A stretch of 35,060 nt of DNA from Ignavibacteria bacterium. GTDB lineage: Bacteria; Bacteroidota; Ignavibacteria; Tepidaquicellales; OLB5. Made by a program: the position numbers and the translations under genes. Each line of letters begins with the position of its first letter. Within the stretch, counting starts at the first letter, position 1. The stretch is taken from positions 1-35,060 of the forward strand of contig JAUQWT010000279.1 of the NCBI GenBank assembly GCA_030835005.1. Direction: 5' to 3'. The notes under the pieces were generated by a model, which made no database searches, had not been told where the DNA came from, and was given only the letters and a program-made list of their open reading frames with translations. Positions 8,773 to 16,584 of the stretch are shown piece after piece.

Positions 8773-8847
8773 TTACTTTACAAGCAGCATTTTCTTTACA
8801 GAACAGAGGGTTCCTGTTTTGATCTTATAGAAATATATACCGCTGGG
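8773..8847 (-). pseudogene. remnant of the last 24 codons + stop of a T9SS C-terminal sorting domain
   Basis: Minus-strand translation is PSGIYFYKIKTGTLCSVKKMLLVK*. This matches the termini of the intact neighbours (ASGIYFYKLTAGKFTSVKKMILVK*). In-frame TGA and TAA lie immediately upstream, and there is no start codon. Confidence 0.6.
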
Positions 8848-8858
8848 TTAACCGGTTC

Positions 8859-9030
8859 AAGCGGCGCACGGAAATACTCACCGCTTTTTATGAAACAAAA
8901 ATGTGCGACACCTGCCTCAAAAGATTCCGCCTGGGTCAAATTTGGAATTTCTTTTGAGACAGGCAGCAGTCCACTTCTATCTAAACTGCCACTCGCTTGA
9001 GCCCTCGATCAAGCGCTGCAATATCGCACA
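8859..9030 (-). ncRNA. unassigned GC-rich structured element (four-way junction + U-run + extra hairpin); candidate 3'-UTR RNA or complex terminator
   Basis: No ORF, and visibly higher G+C than the flanks. Minus-strand fold: closing stem TGTGCGA (9030-9024) / TCGCACA (8908-8902). Hairpin CGCTTGA-8nt-TCAAGCG (9015-8994). Hairpin GCAGT-14nt-ACTGC (8989-8966). A 13+5 bp hairpin (8963-8911). Then TTTTTGTTT, then an 8-bp hairpin (8886-8859). Two C.A mismatches on the plus strand become G.U pairs on the minus strand. Confidence 0.35.
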
Positions 9031-9035
9031 CTATT

Positions 9036-11153
9036 CTATTTAACCAATATCATTTTTTTGACTGATGTAAATTTTCCGGCAGTGAGCTTATAAAAATAAA
9101 TTCCGCTTGCAAAGTTTCCTGCATTCCAAGAGTATTCATATGTTCCGGCAATCAGATTATCATTTACCAGTACGGCCAGTTCTTCTCCAATCGAATTATA
9201 AACTGTAAGCATTGTGTGAGAATTCTCCGGAATCAAAAACCTGATACTGGTTTCGGGATTAAAGGGATTTGGATAATTCTGACTTAAGCTAAATCCTGAT
9301 GCAATCTGGGAATTCTGGAGGACCCCTACCGTTGAAGTAGTTGTACGGAATAAACCGCTTTGTGTTCCTGCAAGCAATCTATTGTTGTCATCAAACTCCA
9401 GGTCATAAACCAATAACTGCCCAAGTCCTGTGATGTATTCAGTCCATGAACCGCCGTTATCTAATGATCTCTTTACACTGTAAACTTCATTTTCTACATA
9501 GTGTATGAAAACATGATCCTGGTTACCAACCTCAAAATCAATAACATAAGAAGGTGCAGATGAAACAGGTTGAAAGTTAACCCCCCCATTTGTTGAGCGC
9601 ATCAATGTTATCCCCAAAAGTCCCCAAATATGTCCCTGTGAATTGAACTTCAAGATGCCCGGTGGCTGATCACTTGATATTAATACCCAGCTTGCACCGC
9701 CATTTGTCAATTTGAACAGGCCATACTGAGTGTTGAATCCGCCCCATCTTGCAGAAACATAAAGGTTGTTTTGAGGATCAACTGACAGGCCATAGTAATC
9801 AATGGTTGTATCACTTGGGAGCCCCATAACGGCTTCAACCCAATTGTTTCCGTTATCAACTGACTTGTATATTTTGCCGGACCCTGTAGCAAAAATTTCA
9901 GAATTCAAATTTATCGCCATCATTCCGCTATTAACTCCGGCAGGTAAATTACTCAATTTGCTCCAGCTATCACCATTGTTTAGTGAACGGAATATACCAG
10001 ATCCCAAAATATAAGCAAACAGAGTTGAATTCGGGCTCAATATCAAAGTTCTTGGGCCAGTTTCAGGTAATCCATTAATCAGATTGATCCATGAACTACC
10101 ATTATCCGTCGATCTCGAAATATATCTTTCAGAACCGGCGAAAATTGTATTGCCTCTTGAAATAATAGTTTTAACATTAGGGATCCTGATCCCGTTATTG
10201 GCTTCATTCCAGTTTATGCCGTTGTTAACAGACTTGAATACACCCAGGTCAGATGCTGTGAAAAGCTTTCCGGCTCCGGCCGGCAATATTGAATAAACGT
10301 CAAACAATGGCGCATTTGATATCGAAGAGATCTGAATCCAGTTACTGCCGTTATTTGTAGATTTAAAAATGTTCCCTCCCTCAGCGGTGAATAAGTCTCC
10401 CGCTGCATTTGATGCCATTGGCATTTTTGATACATTATCCCAGCTTCCGGCGTTGTTAACTGATCTCAGCACATTTCCTCTGGATGTAAAAAAAATGTGC
10501 CCAAGGCTGCTGGTAAATACTTTACCGCAGGTATCATTCCTGAGTATTCCCCAGCTTGCTCCTCCGTTGTTCGATCTGAACAATCCGTTAAGTGTAGCAA
10601 CATAAACATCTCCGTTAGTGTTCGTGCTGATAGAACGGATCGCAAGATCCGGAAATGGAGATATTGTGAATGAGTTTCCATTATCTACAGACCGGTGAAT
10701 TTCTCCGGATTGTATGAATTGACCATGGAAGCTGAACATATAGGACGTACCAGCGAGTATTACTCCACTGGGAGTTGCTGTCATGTCACTGAAGTCATAA
10801 CCGCCATCCGGCACGCGCAATTCCCATGTTGCTCCTTCGTTGGTTGAGCGGTAAACCTTGGATTGAAAATTCCCAATGCCGATATAAATGAAACCATTGG
10901 GAGCTACACAGCCTGTTGTAATATCCTTTATTGATGAAGGTGTTACCTGGGTCCATGATTGGCCCTCATTTGCAGACCTGTAAACTGCACTACCGGATAA
11001 TGCATAAAGACTGCCATTTGGTGCAGAAAGTATCTTTAAAACGTGCCCCCCGTATGGTCCGTTTAATTGTTGCCAGAAGTCCTGTGCTTTTATCTCATTT
11101 ATACAAAATGAGACAAAAAAGAAAAACACGAGTGAAAACAGAGTTTTTTTCAT
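9036..11153 (-). CDS. large BNR/Asp-box (sortilin/Vps10- or GH74-like) double beta-propeller protein with T9SS C-terminal sorting domain
   Basis: Signal peptide MKKTLFSLVFFFFVSFCINEIKAQ. About 13 SxxxGxxW boxes (SANEGQSWT, STNEGATWE, SNNGGASWG, STNNGSNWI, STDNGSSWI, SLNNGDSWS, SVDNGNNWV, SLDNGGSWT...). CTD is NYPNPFNPETSIRF...GIYFYKLTAGKFTSVKKMILVK. Confidence 0.85.
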   Translation of the reverse strand: MKKTLFSLVFFFFVSFCINEIKAQDFWQQLNGPYGGHVLKILSAPNGSLYALSGSAVYRSANEGQSWTQVTPSSIKDITTGCVAPNGFIYIGIGNFQSKVYRSTNEGATWELRVPDGGYDFSDMTATPSGVILAGTSYMFSFHGQFIQSGEIHRSVDNGNSFTISPFPDLAIRSISTNTNGDVYVATLNGLFRSNNGGASWGILRNDTCGKVFTSSLGHIFFTSRGNVLRSVNNAGSWDNVSKMPMASNAAGDLFTAEGGNIFKSTNNGSNWIQISSISNAPLFDVYSILPAGAGKLFTASDLGVFKSVNNGINWNEANNGIRIPNVKTIISRGNTIFAGSERYISRSTDNGSSWINLINGLPETGPRTLILSPNSTLFAYILGSGIFRSLNNGDSWSKLSNLPAGVNSGMMAINLNSEIFATGSGKIYKSVDNGNNWVEAVMGLPSDTTIDYYGLSVDPQNNLYVSARWGGFNTQYGLFKLTNGGASWVLISSDQPPGILKFNSQGHIWGLLGITLMRSTNGGVNFQPVSSAPSYVIDFEVGNQDHVFIHYVENEVYSVKRSLDNGGSWTEYITGLGQLLVYDLEFDDNNRLLAGTQSGLFRTTTSTVGVLQNSQIASGFSLSQNYPNPFNPETSIRFLIPENSHTMLTVYNSIGEELAVLVNDNLIAGTYEYSWNAGNFASGIYFYKLTAGKFTSVKKMILVK

Positions 11154-11425
11154 TGTTTTAAGTTTAATTATAGATTTTTCCTGATTTTTTTATCATTTTT
11201 ATTAACTCCTCAAAAGTAGCACAAAATGTAAAGATTAAAAAATCAAATTTACTAAAGAATAATAAGTCATAATCGTGAAATTGAGTTTTACTGAGAGTTT
11301 AAATTATTATTATATAGTAATTTATAAGACAGAACGAGGATATGTTATAAGAAGTCACTTTTGCCTTTACTGAGTTTCTTAAATAAGTTATCTTTTCAGA
11401 ATAAATTGAAAGTAAACTTAAACAT

Positions 11426-13045
11426 ATGAAAAACAGCGGTAGTCTGTATAATCTTATTACGTCATTAAGTGGCAGCGAAAAATCATACTTCAGGAAATAT
11501 GCTAAAAGACATACAATTGGGGAAAAGAATGTTTACCTGCGATTGTACGAAATGATCGAAAGAATAAAAGACCCCGGAAAGTACAACGAAGATCAATTAA
11601 GGTCAGGACTTGAAAATTATTCCGGAATATCCAATTTCTCTGTTCTGAAGAGTTATCTTTACAAAATGATCCTTAAGAGTATGGAAGCTTACCACAGTGG
11701 ATCAAGTAAAGCATCATTGATAAATTCACTAGTTGAGAATTTCCGGTTTCTGAACAGAAAAAAACTTTATAGGGAAGCATTCGCAGTTTTAAGGAAAGCA
11801 AAAAAAATAGCACGGGATTATGAGTTAACGGAAAAATTGTACGAGATCATCAAATTTGAAAGAGCTATGATTAAAAATATTGAACCCGGAAATGTGGAAT
11901 TACAAAACATAGCTAACGTTGAATTGGTTGAGACCGCCGATAAACTAAGTAACATAGCCCAGTATACTTATCTAAACGATACGGTAATTTCCTTATCAAG
12001 CCAGTATGGATTGCCAAACACAGAGCAATTGAACGAGAGATTTGATGAGATCATGAAGAGTGAATATCTTAAAAGCAGCGAACACGCTAAAACTTTTTTC
12101 TCACTTCTTTACTTCTATCAAATTCACGCTACATATCATTTTAAACTATCTCAATACGAAAAATGCCTGGATTTATATAACGCGAGCTTGCTGCACATGG
12201 AAAGTAACAAGTACATGATGGAGCACAATCCAAGAAATTATGCTATAATGGTATTAAATTGTCTTGACATGTGTGACATTCTCAAAAACTACCATGATTA
12301 TGATATATACTATGCAAAATACACTGAATTCATGAAGAAGCTTTCTAAGGATATTCCTGAGAGCGCAAAGATGAGCATTGTATCAAGAGTTTATATTCTG
12401 GAAATTAGGAAATTCACAACAATGGGTGATTTTGATGAAAAGAAGAGAGAAATAATTGATATTGCAACAAATGTTGAACAGAATATGAGCAAATTTGCTC
12501 ATGTTGACCGAGTCATTTTAACTTTTCAGTTTGCAATGTATTACTTTGGGTGCGGCAATTACAATGAATCTCTCAAGTGGCTTAATCAGATAATAAACAA
12601 TGATGATGAAGTAAGAAGAGACCTAAGGACTGAGTGTAAAATGCTGTTTCTGATAATTCACTTTGAGCTTAAGAATTACGATTTTCTCGAGTACGCAGTC
12701 AAATCAACTTACAGGTACTTATTGAAATTTCAAACATTGAAGGGTATTGAACCGCTCATCCTGTATTTTATTAAGAAGATAGCCTCCATTTCTAACGAAA
12801 ATGAATTGAAGGAACTTTTTGAGGAATTGCGCCAGAAGATGATCAGAAATAAAGAAATAGTAGATGAATACGGATTCAAATACCTGTACTGGGTTGAAAG
12901 CAGGTTATCAGGTACAACTTATGCAGAGATCATGAAAAGAAAATTTTCAGAAGCCCAGTCCCCGGCAAATGCATACAGAAACTACACGCCCGGCGAAGGC
13001 TATTATAACACGAGCCTGCAAAAAGATATTGATGATATAAAATGA
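11426..13045 (+). CDS. all-helical, TPR-like repeat protein of unknown function (539 aa)
   Basis: Long ORF after a 270-bp AT-rich gap, with no signal peptide. Repeated helix-pair segments resemble TPR units (LYREAFAVLRKAKKIARDY..., FQFAMYYFGCGNYNESLKWLNQII). No catalytic motif recognised. Confidence 0.7.
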   Translation: MKNSGSLYNLITSLSGSEKSYFRKYAKRHTIGEKNVYLRLYEMIERIKDPGKYNEDQLRSGLENYSGISNFSVLKSYLYKMILKSMEAYHSGSSKASLINSLVENFRFLNRKKLYREAFAVLRKAKKIARDYELTEKLYEIIKFERAMIKNIEPGNVELQNIANVELVETADKLSNIAQYTYLNDTVISLSSQYGLPNTEQLNERFDEIMKSEYLKSSEHAKTFFSLLYFYQIHATYHFKLSQYEKCLDLYNASLLHMESNKYMMEHNPRNYAIMVLNCLDMCDILKNYHDYDIYYAKYTEFMKKLSKDIPESAKMSIVSRVYILEIRKFTTMGDFDEKKREIIDIATNVEQNMSKFAHVDRVILTFQFAMYYFGCGNYNESLKWLNQIINNDDEVRRDLRTECKMLFLIIHFELKNYDFLEYAVKSTYRYLLKFQTLKGIEPLILYFIKKIASISNENELKELFEELRQKMIRNKEIVDEYGFKYLYWVESRLSGTTYAEIMKRKFSEAQSPANAYRNYTPGEGYYNTSLQKDIDDIK

Positions 13046-13052
13046 CGAATTT

Positions 13053-13871
13053 TTATTTCCATGTTCGCACTTTTACATCGCCGTAAGGATAATCAACCTT
13101 AAAGTCAAGATAACTCTGATTCAGGTTTACTGATTCCAGCGATACCCTGAAGTACTCTCCCTGTTTCGGGCGCCTGATCTCTATTTTTTTGGCATACGAG
13201 CCAGTGCCATAATTCGAAAAATTGGAAAATTCAAAAGAGATGAGAGTCTGCCCTTTACTGCTCAAATAGATGTACTTGTAAACCGAATAATTATCTTTAT
13301 CTACCCAGTATTTTCTTGTTATTGTGCCGCGCTTTAAGGAAAGTACATACTGGTTACCTTCTTCTTTCATTTCAAGAACATCCTTTTTCCCTTTTGGAAT
13401 CCTAACCGTTCCTGAAAATGAATTCAGCATATCGTCAAAAGTGCACCGGATTCTGGTTAATGTACCAATATTAAGAATAGTGGTTGAGCCCGTTGTAACA
13501 ACATCGTTCAGATCATCAAAAAAAGTAAAGCGGTCACGGTTAAAGTGCGCCACTGCAGCATCAATTCCAAGAGGGCCCTCTATCTTGAACCAAAGATCAT
13601 CTTTTTTCTTTACATGAATTTCTATATCGCCTGTTTCATCTATTTTTGGTGTCTTTATTTTGATCTCACCTGATGAAATAATATTATCGATCTCGGCAGC
13701 ACGGCTATTGACTTCTTTTATGATTCTTGAAATTTCAGCTTTTACCGGATCAGTTTCAGTTACCTGAAGGGTGTCTTCTGAGATCTTGGCAGTATCCTGT
13801 TCTTCCTGTGCAAAAAGGTATGCAGAATTTAACGTGACAAAAAATAAAAATGAGTAAAAGAGAGTTTTCAT
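13053..13871 (-). CDS. secreted protein, possibly LolA/LolB-like (DUF4292-like) fold
   Basis: Signal peptide MKTLFYSFLFFVTLNSAYLFAQ. The mature part is beta-rich. The family assignment comes only from overall resemblance and is weak. Confidence 0.6.
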   Translation of the reverse strand: MKTLFYSFLFFVTLNSAYLFAQEEQDTAKISEDTLQVTETDPVKAEISRIIKEVNSRAAEIDNIISSGEIKIKTPKIDETGDIEIHVKKKDDLWFKIEGPLGIDAAVAHFNRDRFTFFDDLNDVVTTGSTTILNIGTLTRIRCTFDDMLNSFSGTVRIPKGKKDVLEMKEEGNQYVLSLKRGTITRKYWVDKDNYSVYKYIYLSSKGQTLISFEFSNFSNYGTGSYAKKIEIRRPKQGEYFRVSLESVNLNQSYLDFKVDYPYGDVKVRTWK

Positions 13872-14004
13872 GAAATTTTGTCTATAACTAATAATAATTA
13901 ATCATTAAATTAGTGAATATTTTGCAACAAATCATCACTTTAATATAGTAGTTTTTAGTGCAAGTAAAACATCACAATTTTAGTCGAAAGGAATGTAAAT
14001 TCAA

Positions 14005-15393
14005 ATGAAAACCCGCGTAGAAAAAGACTCCCTTGGCGAGATTCAAATCCCTCTGGAAGCATATTACGGTGTGCAGACTCAAAGAGCAGTAAAGAATTTT
14101 CCTGTAAGCGGATGGAAAGCGCACCCCGTAATGGTTGATTCCTATGTTTACATCAAAAAAGCCGCAGCAATTACAAATGCAGAGATCGGGCTGCTGGATA
14201 AGAAAGTTGCCGGGGCGATCATTAAAGCTGCAGATGAAGTTCTCGGAGGTAAGCACCGCGATCATTTTGTTGTTGACGTTTACCAGGCAGGCGCAGGAAC
14301 ATCACATAACATGAACACGAACGAAGTGCTTGCAAACCGCGGTATAGAGTTACTTGGCGGAACAAAAGGCAATTACACTCTTATAAATCCAAATGATCAT
14401 GTCAATATGGCGCAATCAACTAATGATACATTCCCTACTGCAATGAGACTTGCCTCACTTATCATGGTGAAGAGATTGCTTCCGGCAATAAAGCATTTTC
14501 AGGCAACTCTCTTAAAGAAATCCAAACAGTTTAGTAAAGTGGTTAAATCCGGCAGAACACATTTGCAGGATGCCTCACCGATCACACTTGGCCAGGAATT
14601 TGAAGGATATGCAGAAATAGTAAGCAAACATTATGAACTTATTTCGTCAACACAGAAACATCTTGCTGAGCTTGGAATTGGCGGTACTGCAGTGGGCACC
14701 GGACTTAACACTCACATAAAGTACCGAAGCCTTATGGCTAAGAATCTTTCTAAAGTAACCGGATTAAAACTAAAGCCGACCCGCAATTATTTCGAGGCAA
14801 TGCAAAGTATGCTTCCGTTTATGGAGCTCTCATCTGCAATAAACAATTTTGCAGTTGACATGACGAAGATCACAAACGACCTGCGTTTACTGGCTTCGGG
14901 TCCGACAACGGGTTTTGCAGAAATTATTATGCCGGCGGTTCAGCCGGGATCATCAATTATGCCGGGTAAAGTCAATCCATCAATGGCTGAAATGATGAAC
15001 CAAGTGCTCTTCCAGGTAATGGGTAATAATCATACAGTCATGATGTGCTCACAGGCAGGGCAGCTGGAACTGAATGTTATGATGCCCGTAATGATATTTA
15101 ATATAGTATGGATGATCGAGATCCTGAAGAATGCCCTGAGTCTTTTTGATGACAAATGCGTTGCCGGACTGGTCGCAGATGAAAAGAAATGTCGTGACTA
15201 TGCCGAGAAATCTATCAGCATAGTAACTGCTCTTAATCCGATCATAGGTTATGCCAAAGCGGCAGAGATTGCCAAAGAAGCAGTGAAAACTCACAGATCA
15301 ATAATGGATGTAATACGCTCGAAGAACATTATGCCTGAAAAGGAACTTAATAAAGTATTAGATCTGGTGAAGCTTACTAAACCGGGACTGTAA
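14005..15393 (+). CDS. aspA: aspartate ammonia-lyase (class II fumarase/aspartase superfamily)
   Basis: Signature GSSIMPGKVNP. VDVYQAGAGTSHNMNTNEVLAN and AGQLELNVMMPV resemble aspartase (QGGAGTS.., AGQLQLNVMEPV) rather than FumC (QTGSGTQ.., SGNFELNVFRP). Some segments are fumarase-like, so the subfamily call is not certain. Confidence 0.7.
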   Translation: MKTRVEKDSLGEIQIPLEAYYGVQTQRAVKNFPVSGWKAHPVMVDSYVYIKKAAAITNAEIGLLDKKVAGAIIKAADEVLGGKHRDHFVVDVYQAGAGTSHNMNTNEVLANRGIELLGGTKGNYTLINPNDHVNMAQSTNDTFPTAMRLASLIMVKRLLPAIKHFQATLLKKSKQFSKVVKSGRTHLQDASPITLGQEFEGYAEIVSKHYELISSTQKHLAELGIGGTAVGTGLNTHIKYRSLMAKNLSKVTGLKLKPTRNYFEAMQSMLPFMELSSAINNFAVDMTKITNDLRLLASGPTTGFAEIIMPAVQPGSSIMPGKVNPSMAEMMNQVLFQVMGNNHTVMMCSQAGQLELNVMMPVMIFNIVWMIEILKNALSLFDDKCVAGLVADEKKCRDYAEKSISIVTALNPIIGYAKAAEIAKEAVKTHRSIMDVIRSKNIMPEKELNKVLDLVKLTKPGL

Positions 15394-15403
15394 CTAAGAA
15401 TAA

Positions 15404-16552
15404 TTGAATCCAACACGCGCTGAAATAGACTTTTCGAAGCTGGCATTTAATGTAGAGCAGATACGCAGGCATATTCATGGCGAGTATCCCAGACGCAAGA
15501 TAAAAATTTGCGGAGTGGTAAAAGCTAATGCATACGGTCACGGAATTGAACCGGTCAGCAAAAAACTTGTTGAACTGGGAATTGATTTCCTTGGAGTTGC
15601 AAACTATGATGAAGCGATCAAGCTCAGGAACGAAATACCCAACACACCCATATTAGTATTTGGAACACTTATTCATTCCAAACTTGAGCCGGCAAAATAT
15701 GTGTCAATTCTGCATAAACATAACTTGACTGCTACTGTTGCTTCTTATGATACTGCGAAGTTCATTAACGATTACAGTCAGCGTTTTAAGAACAAATTTA
15801 AGATTCATATAGAAGTTGATACGGGGATGCGAAGGATCGGGCTTGATTACAGGCGCGCTTACAGGAATATTTTGCGCATAGCCGGCCTTAAAAATCTTGA
15901 GCTTGAAGGAATATTTACGCATTTTGCATCATCTGAAGAAAAGAACAAATCATTTTCCCGGCTACAGCTTAACAGATTCAACAAGCTGCTTGCTGATCTC
16001 AAAAAAGCAGGAATCGAGTTCCCTATTATTCACGCAGCTAACAGCGGAGGCGTACTGGATCTCAAAGATTCATACTTCAACATGGTGCGCCCGGGACTTT
16101 TGCTTTACGGATACTATCCGGGCAGCGGAGTGAAGAATAAAATTCAGCTTAAGCCTGTTATGAACCTTAAATCTAAGGTTACTTTTATTAAAAAAATCGA
16201 AGCAGGCGAAAGTGTTTCATACAACAGGAAATTCTACGCAAAGAAAACTGAGTTCATTGGTTCAATTCCTATCGGGTACGGAGACGGCTACTGGCGAAGG
16301 CTTACTAATAAATCAAAAGTCATGATAGCAAAAAAACTTTACCGCCAGGTTGGAGCCGTTTCTATGGATTGGATAATGGTTGAGCTTGGTACCAGATACA
16401 GTATAACAATTGGAGAAGATGTTTTGCTGATGGGAGAAGATAACGGTGTCAATCTTGGTGCAGATAAGCTAGCTAAGATGTGCGGAACCATTCCGTATGA
16501 AATACTTTGTGCGGTTGCCGATAGGGTTGAAAGAGTGTATTTGAATGATTAA
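15404..16552 (+). CDS. alr: alanine racemase
   Basis: PLP-lysine motif VVKANAYGHG near the N-terminus. N-terminus is NPTRAEIDFSKLAFNVEQIR. C-terminal YEILCAV..RVERVY. TTG start as in the ORF track. Confidence 0.9.
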   Translation: MNPTRAEIDFSKLAFNVEQIRRHIHGEYPRRKIKICGVVKANAYGHGIEPVSKKLVELGIDFLGVANYDEAIKLRNEIPNTPILVFGTLIHSKLEPAKYVSILHKHNLTATVASYDTAKFINDYSQRFKNKFKIHIEVDTGMRRIGLDYRRAYRNILRIAGLKNLELEGIFTHFASSEEKNKSFSRLQLNRFNKLLADLKKAGIEFPIIHAANSGGVLDLKDSYFNMVRPGLLLYGYYPGSGVKNKIQLKPVMNLKSKVTFIKKIEAGESVSYNRKFYAKKTEFIGSIPIGYGDGYWRRLTNKSKVMIAKKLYRQVGAVSMDWIMVELGTRYSITIGEDVLLMGEDNGVNLGADKLAKMCGTIPYEILCAVADRVERVYLND

Positions 16553-16584
16553 TTTTAACATAAACTTTCGTTGAATATTTATTA

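Noticed and set aside
8859-8890. Plus-strand intrinsic terminator (AAGCGGCG...CACCGCTT + TTTTT)
   Set aside because: No plus-strand gene lies upstream for it to terminate. The stem has a C.A mismatch on the plus strand that becomes G.U on the minus strand, so I treat it as part of the minus-strand structured element.
8890-9000. 36-codon plus-strand ORF (MKQKCATPASKDSAWVKFGISFETGSSPLLSKLPLA) inside the GC-rich element
   Set aside because: There is no RBS, it is not hydrophobic or toxin-like, and the strand-specific G.U evidence favours a minus-strand RNA.
8859-9030. Identity of the GC-rich element as SRP RNA, 6S RNA, tmRNA, a group II intron fragment or a tRNA-like gene
   Set aside because: It lacks the SRP helix-8 GGAA/AGCA motif, a tmRNA acceptor/T-arm, the single long rod with central bubble of 6S, and a domain-V-like 34-nt hairpin. 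The cloverleaf-like topology has arm sizes incompatible with a tRNA. It is left as unassigned.
11287-11374. Direct repeat TTTACTGAG (11287-11295 and 11366-11374) upstream of the 539-aa gene as a regulator binding site
   Set aside because: A single 9-mer recurrence in 270 bp of AT-rich DNA is close to chance expectation, and there is no palindromic structure.
13972-14265. 97-aa minus-strand ORF overlapping the aspA start
   Set aside because: It is antisense to a strongly supported lyase gene, and its Cys/Phe-rich composition is not protein-like.
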